A stretch of 64,000 nucleotides of DNA, from contig OY761556.1 of the NCBI GenBank assembly GCA_963664705.1, positions 5,696,001 through 5,760,000 of the forward strand, written 5' to 3'. Positions within the stretch are counted from its first letter, which is position 1, and each line of letters starts with the position of its first letter. The DNA comes from Acidobacteriota bacterium. GTDB taxonomy: Bacteria > Acidobacteriota > UBA6911. A program made the position numbers and the translations under genes. Positions 59,416-64,000 of this stretch are shown piece by piece. Under the pieces are notes generated by a model, which searched no databases, was not told the origin of the DNA, and saw only the letters and a program-made list of their open reading frames with translations.

Positions 59416-61087
59416 CTTCGTGTCAACAGTTTCGGGTCAACCCCAACTCTACGTCCATGTTTGCAAGAGGGATACGCTTAACGAAGCCTACCGGATGGCG
59501 AAAGAAAACGACGGGGCACCGGGGATAGACGGGGTTACGTTCGAAGCCATCGAGGAAAGCGGAGTGGCGAGGTACCTGGAGCAGATACGGGATGAACTGG
59601 TCTCAAACACATATCAGCCCCTGCGGGCACGGAAGAAGGAAATTCCTAAGGACGGGGGCAAGAAAGTCCGCGTTCTGTCAATTCCGGCTATTCGTGATCG
59701 TGTGGTTCAGGGAGCGCTAAAGCTCATCCTGGAGCCAATCTTCGAAGCTGATTTTCAATCGGGGTCGTATGGATATCGTCCGAAACGGACAGCGCATCAA
59801 GCGGTGAACCGAGTGGCACAAGCGATTGTGGAGGGCAAGACGCAAATCATTGACATTGACCTGCGGGCCTACTTCGATAACGTTCAGCACTATCTGCTGT
59901 TAGAGAAGGTGGCTCGGCGGGTACAGGATGATGAGGTCATGCATTTGCTCAAGATGATGCTGCAGGCGACTGGGGGAAAGGGCGTTCCGCAAGGCGGGGT
60001 GATATCGCCGTTGCTCAGTAACCTCTACCTCACAGAGGTAGATCGGATGCTGGGAAAGGCGATCGCCACCACGCGGCGTGGACAATACACCAACGTCCAA
60101 TATGCACGATTCGCGGACGATCTGGTGATCTTGATTGACGCTCATCCGCGGCATGACTGGCTGGTCAAGGCGGTAGAAAAGCGATTGCGGGAGGAGTTGG
60201 CGAAACTACAAGTGGAGATCAATGAGGACAAAAGCAGGATGGTCGATCTGGCGAAGGGGGAGAGTTTTTCATTCCTGGGTTTTGAATTTCGTCGCATTCG
60301 GAGCCGTAATGGGGTGTGGCGACCGTACTATGCGCCGAAGCTGAAGAAGCGGACCGCGCTGTTTGAGAAACTTCGGGAGATCTTCCGACGCAAGGTCAGC
60401 CAGCCCGTAGGAAAAGTGATTGAGATGATCAATCCGATTCTGCGAGGCTGGGTGAATTACTTTCGGATTGGCGATTCAAGTCGGTGTTTCTCAATGGTCA
60501 AGCAATGGGTAAATAAGAAGGTTCGGCGGCATCTGATGCGTGCCCGGGGACGAAAGGGAATGGGCTGGAAACGGTGGAGTAGGGAATGGCTATATACCAC
60601 CTTGGGACTGTTTGATGGTTACCGAGTGAGGCGGCCGTGGTACCCGAAAGCTGCTCCAACCCAACCCGTCACATAAACCTTGCGGCGAAGCAAACAGGAA
60701 AGCCTACTGCGGGAAATCCGCACGGTGGGTTTGATGCGGCGGGGATTGGAACCGGATCTACGGTTCGGTTAGTGAGGCACTCCCAGAGGAAACGGGGAGC
60801 AACGGATAGACTGAACCTACGGGGTACCGCGCCAGTCCTCGACCCTACCGCAAAGAAATCACGCTAAAGTGGTCTCAGCAATTTAGTTGGTTTGCGCATG
60901 AAAAGTTGACCAGTTTCTCGGCCTTTCCTCATTCAGTTCTCTACTTGCTTGTGAATTCAGACGAGATACCATAGTCCCCATTCTTCAGTGAGCATCTAGA
61001 TTACGCTCCCGGGGAAATTGGTGGAAATAAACTGGCACATTAGGTTAATGTCATAGGAATAGTGATGTCCTTGAAAGCAAACAATCG

Positions 61088-61693
61088 GTGCTAGCTAAGA
61101 GGGGATCAATTTCGAAGCCTTCGTCGCAGGAATTGACTTGTCTTTTATTGGCTTGGCGCGACGGAGAACAGGCAGCGCTTGAAAAACTGGCTCCAGTGGT
61201 ACACCAGGAACTCCGGCGACTCGCGCATGCCTACATGCGAGGAGAGCGCAAAGATCATACGCTGCAAATCACGGCCTTGATCAACGAGGCATATCTGTGG
61301 CTACTGGACCATAGAAGAATGGGATGGCAGAACCGGGCGCATTTTTTGCAATCTAAGCCCAGATGATGCGGCACATCCTCGTTGACTATGCTCGCTCGCG
61401 GCGATTCCTGAAGCGCGGCGGGCGGAGCCGAAAAGATCTCGCTGGATGAAAATTGCATCGCCACAGGCGAGCGTAATCCCGATCTGCTTGAACTGGACGA
61501 TGCGCTCAAAGCTCTTGCTGCCGTGGATGAACGGAAAGAGCAGGTTATGGAACTGGGCTACTTTGGCGGGCTGAGCGTGGAAGAGACGGCCGAGGTGCTC
61601 GGAGTATCGCCGGAAACTGTGATGCGCGGCTGGAAGCTGGCCAAAACCTGGCTAGCGCGACAAATGAGAAGCACTCCCAGGACAAACCCATAA
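61088..61693 (+). pseudogene. ECF-type RNA polymerase sigma factor (TIGR02999-like), frameshifted
   Basis: ELRRLAHAYMRGE..HTLQ.TALINEAY, NRAHF; continues in other frames as MRHILVDYAR and YFGGLSVEETAEVLGVS..WKLAKTWL. Confidence 0.85.
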
Positions 61694-64000
61694 TGACAGA
61701 TCGTTGGAAGGATATATCGGAACTGTATCATGCTGCGCTGGGACGGCCGGAGTGTGAGCGTGCGGCCTTTCTTGATGGGTGTGGGGAAGATGAAGAGGTG
61801 CGGCGGGAAGTTGCCTCTCTTCTGGCACATGAAAGCAAGGGCGAAGGCCTGCTGGAACGCCCGCCACTGCAGGTGGCGGCTAGGATTATGGCAAACGAGG
61901 GCCATGATCTTACTCAGCCTTCGGAGTTCACCGGGAATGCAAGGATGCTTCCGGGGCAAGTAGCGCCTGGGGAGATGCTGGGGCCGTACAAGATAGAAGA
62001 GCGGATTGGTCAGGGGGGCATGGGGGAGGTATGGAGAGCCAGCGATACGCGTTTGCGGCGCGATGTGGCGATCAAGACATCGCACGCACACTTCTCGGAT
62101 CGCTTCGAACGGGAAGCACACGCTATCGCGGCACTGAATCATCCGCACATTTGCGCTCTCTATGATGTTGGACCCAATTACCTGGTGATGGAGTTGCTGG
62201 AAGGGGACACGCTGAGAGAGCGGCTGAAGAAGGGTAAACTATCGATTGAGGAAACGCTCAAATGCGGGGCGCAGATTGCGGAGGCGCTGGCGGAGGCGCA
62301 TGAGAAGGGAGTGATCCACAGGGATCTGAAGCCTGGGAATGTGATGCTGACGAAGAATGGTGCAAAGGTTTTGGATTTTGGTCTTGCGAAGTCGACATCG
62401 GATGAATCTCTGACCACGTCCAACATTGTGATGGGGACGCCGGCCTATATGTCGCCGGAGCAGCGCGACGGTAGGGAATGCAGCGCGCGCACGGATCTGT
62501 TCGCGCTGGGGTTACTGCTTTACGAGATGGCTACGGGCAGGCAAATGGCGCCGGGAGTGATGTTGAAGAAGGAACAACTGCCGGACAGACTCATGCGGGT
62601 AATCGAGCGGTGCCTGGCAACCGAACCGGATGAGCGATGGCAATCGGCAAAGGAGGTGTCTGCCGAACTTGCGCGGGCCAGAGAAGAATCCATCGACCCT
62701 AAACAGCAGTTTCGCATTCAAGCCAGGCATGCGGTGGGAATCGCGGCTGTATTACTGCTGCTGATTGCAGGGGGTGTGTTCGTGTGGAAACGGGCGCAGC
62801 CCAAGCCGCTCACCGATCAGGATGTGCTGGTGCTGGCCGATTTCACCAACACTACCAGTGACCCGGTGTTCGATGGAGCGCTCCGCCAGGCGCTGGCATT
62901 CGAGCTGGAACAATCGCCATTTCTGAAGATCATGGACGACCAGCAGGTGAACCAGACGCTCCAACTGATGGGCCGTCCCGTCGGTCAGCGGATCACCAAC
63001 GATATCGCGCACGAGGTGTGTGTGCGGGAGGGGGAGAAAGCAACCATCGGAGGGTCAATCACTCTTTTTACCAAGACCTATCAGATTGCGCTGCAAGCCG
63101 TCAACTGCCAGACCGGCGCGACGCTGGCCCGGGAGCAAGTCGAAGCGGAAGACAAGGATCACGTAATCAAAGCAGTGGCGCAGGCAGCCAGGGGGATGCG
63201 AGCGAAGCTCGGTGAGTCTCTAAGCTCCATCCAGAAGACCGACCGGTTCAGGGGTAATGATGAAGTCTCTACCCAGTCCCTGGAAGCGCTCAAGGCATAC
63301 CAACTCGGAATGGATCTCGTTGGCCAGAATTCGCCCCGTGAGGCAATTCCGCATCTGCAGCGCGCAACCGAGTTGGATCCCAACTTCGCCTCTGCACACC
63401 TTTTCTTGGGTATCGTGTACAGTGACATCAACCAAGCAGCCCGGAGTAAAGAATCCTTCACCAAGGCATTCGCCTTGATCGACCGCGTCAGCGAGCGCGA
63501 ACGCTTCGTGATCTCGGGGGAGTACTACCAATTTGTGACCGGTGAATTGAATAAGGCTCTTGACTCCGCCCAGGTGCTCGTGCGCGCCTACCCACGCTTT
63601 TCAGCTGGGCACCACTTGTTGGCTACTATTTATTCGAAGCGTGGCGAGTCTGATAAGGCGCTGGAGCAACGCCTGGAGGAAGTCCGCCTGGAACCTCATG
63701 TTTTGTTGTTCCGGCTCCTTCTGATAAACGATTATTTGGCCCTCGGCCGCTTCGACGAAGCGAAGGCTGTGTCGGAGCGAGTGGTTGCACAAAAGCAGGA
63801 CAATCCTGCTGTTCACCTAGCTCTGCTGCGCATCGCGTACATGCAGGACGACCCTAGAGCGCAGGAAAAAGAGATTCAATGGTTTGTGGGCCGTCCGGAG
63901 GAATCTCAGGCTCTCACTGCGCGACTCCTCAACGCAATAGTGCACGGGCAGCGGCGCCAGGCGAAGGAAATCTCCCAGCATGGAGTAGAGCTGTTACGGC
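61693..64000 (+). CDS. Hanks-type Ser/Thr protein kinase with TM and TPR-like region (runs off the window)
   Basis: MTDRWKDISELYHAAL; IGQGGMGEVW, VAIK, HRDLKPGN, DFGLAK, GTPAYMSPEQ; ATG overlaps the sigma stop codon. Confidence 0.92.
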   Translation, partial: MTDRWKDISELYHAALGRPECERAAFLDGCGEDEEVRREVASLLAHESKGEGLLERPPLQVAARIMANEGHDLTQPSEFTGNARMLPGQVAPGEMLGPYKIEERIGQGGMGEVWRASDTRLRRDVAIKTSHAHFSDRFEREAHAIAALNHPHICALYDVGPNYLVMELLEGDTLRERLKKGKLSIEETLKCGAQIAEALAEAHEKGVIHRDLKPGNVMLTKNGAKVLDFGLAKSTSDESLTTSNIVMGTPAYMSPEQRDGRECSARTDLFALGLLLYEMATGRQMAPGVMLKKEQLPDRLMRVIERCLATEPDERWQSAKEVSAELARAREESIDPKQQFRIQARHAVGIAAVLLLLIAGGVFVWKRAQPKPLTDQDVLVLADFTNTTSDPVFDGALRQALAFELEQSPFLKIMDDQQVNQTLQLMGRPVGQRITNDIAHEVCVREGEKATIGGSITLFTKTYQIALQAVNCQTGATLAREQVEAEDKDHVIKAVAQAARGMRAKLGESLSSIQKTDRFRGNDEVSTQSLEALKAYQLGMDLVGQNSPREAIPHLQRATELDPNFASAHLFLGIVYSDINQAARSKESFTKAFALIDRVSERERFVISGEYYQFVTGELNKALDSAQVLVRAYPRFSAGHHLLATIYSKRGESDKALEQRLEEVRLEPHVLLFRLLLINDYLALGRFDEAKAVSERVVAQKQDNPAVHLALLRIAYMQDDPRAQEKEIQWFVGRPEESQALTARLLNAIVHGQRRQAKEISQHGVELLR

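Larger units (their letters stand above)
58194..59445 (+). mobile_element. IS3-family insertion sequence (1252 bp)
   Basis: imperfect IRs TAACCATGACCCGATTCCGTTGACAC / GTGTCAACAGTTTCGGGTCAACCCCA; 3-bp target duplication ACT. Confidence 0.93.
58105..60676 (+). pseudogene. ltrA: group II intron reverse transcriptase/maturase, split by an IS at codon 30
   Basis: removing the IS and one ACT gives ...WRFWGLYVHVC...; GAPGIDG, IPK, RDRVVQ, SYGYRP, PQGGVISPLL, RFADD, LRGWVNYF; no En domain. Confidence 0.92.
57593..60848 (+). mobile_element. group II intron (RT ORF interrupted by IS3)
   Basis: 5' GTATGTCC (GUGYG variant); domain V AAGCCTACTGCGGGAAATCCGCACGGTGGGTTT at about 60700-60732; 3' end CGACCCTAC. 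Confidence 0.85.

Noticed and set aside
59318-59448. N-terminus of the 452-aa track ORF
   Set aside because: It is IS3 right-end sequence read in frame with the RT; the real RT start is 58105.
58105-60676. RT as a retron, DGR or defence RT
   Set aside because: Domain V/VI RNA, the maturase X domain and intron termini identify a group II intron; no TR/VR pair or msr-msd was seen.
61558-63816. Several 60-200 aa ORFs over the kinase, and similar short ORFs over hsdM, hsdR and the helicases
   Set aside because: Shadow or alternative-frame ORFs of long genes with clear motifs.

Overview
Accessory DNA from a bacterium, possibly Acidobacteriota (inferred from the ECF-sigma/Ser-Thr kinase pair and the type of large secreted protein). 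Three 45-bp direct repeats of the 3' half of tRNA-Ala(GGC) (42439, 47872, 57488) divide the window into tandemly integrated elements. (1) 1-42483 is the right part of a large defence island. It carries a YprA/DUF1998-type helicase, an Mrr-type nuclease, a Type I R-M operon with an inserted NucS-like nuclease, GmrSD, an ABC-ATPase/TOPRIM pair, a DUF4011-helicase-Vsr (Hhe-like) protein and a papain-like protease/lipoprotein operon. It also holds the best candidate for an undescribed system, a divergent four-gene module (34427-42070): a tyrosyl-tRNA-synthetase-like domain fused to an HD phosphohydrolase, an AKR-like protein, a tandem-GAF histidine kinase and a receiver-metallo-beta-lactamase fusion. 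(2) A 5.4-kb element with a truncated integrase, a large secreted protein and a Fic protein. (3) A 9.6-kb satellite-like element with integrase, repressor, RepA helicase, an iteron origin and an array of small exported proteins, several with their own promoters. (4) A group II intron whose RT is interrupted by an IS3 element, then a frameshifted ECF sigma and a Ser/Thr kinase. All family assignments come from motif recognition by eye; no searches were run.
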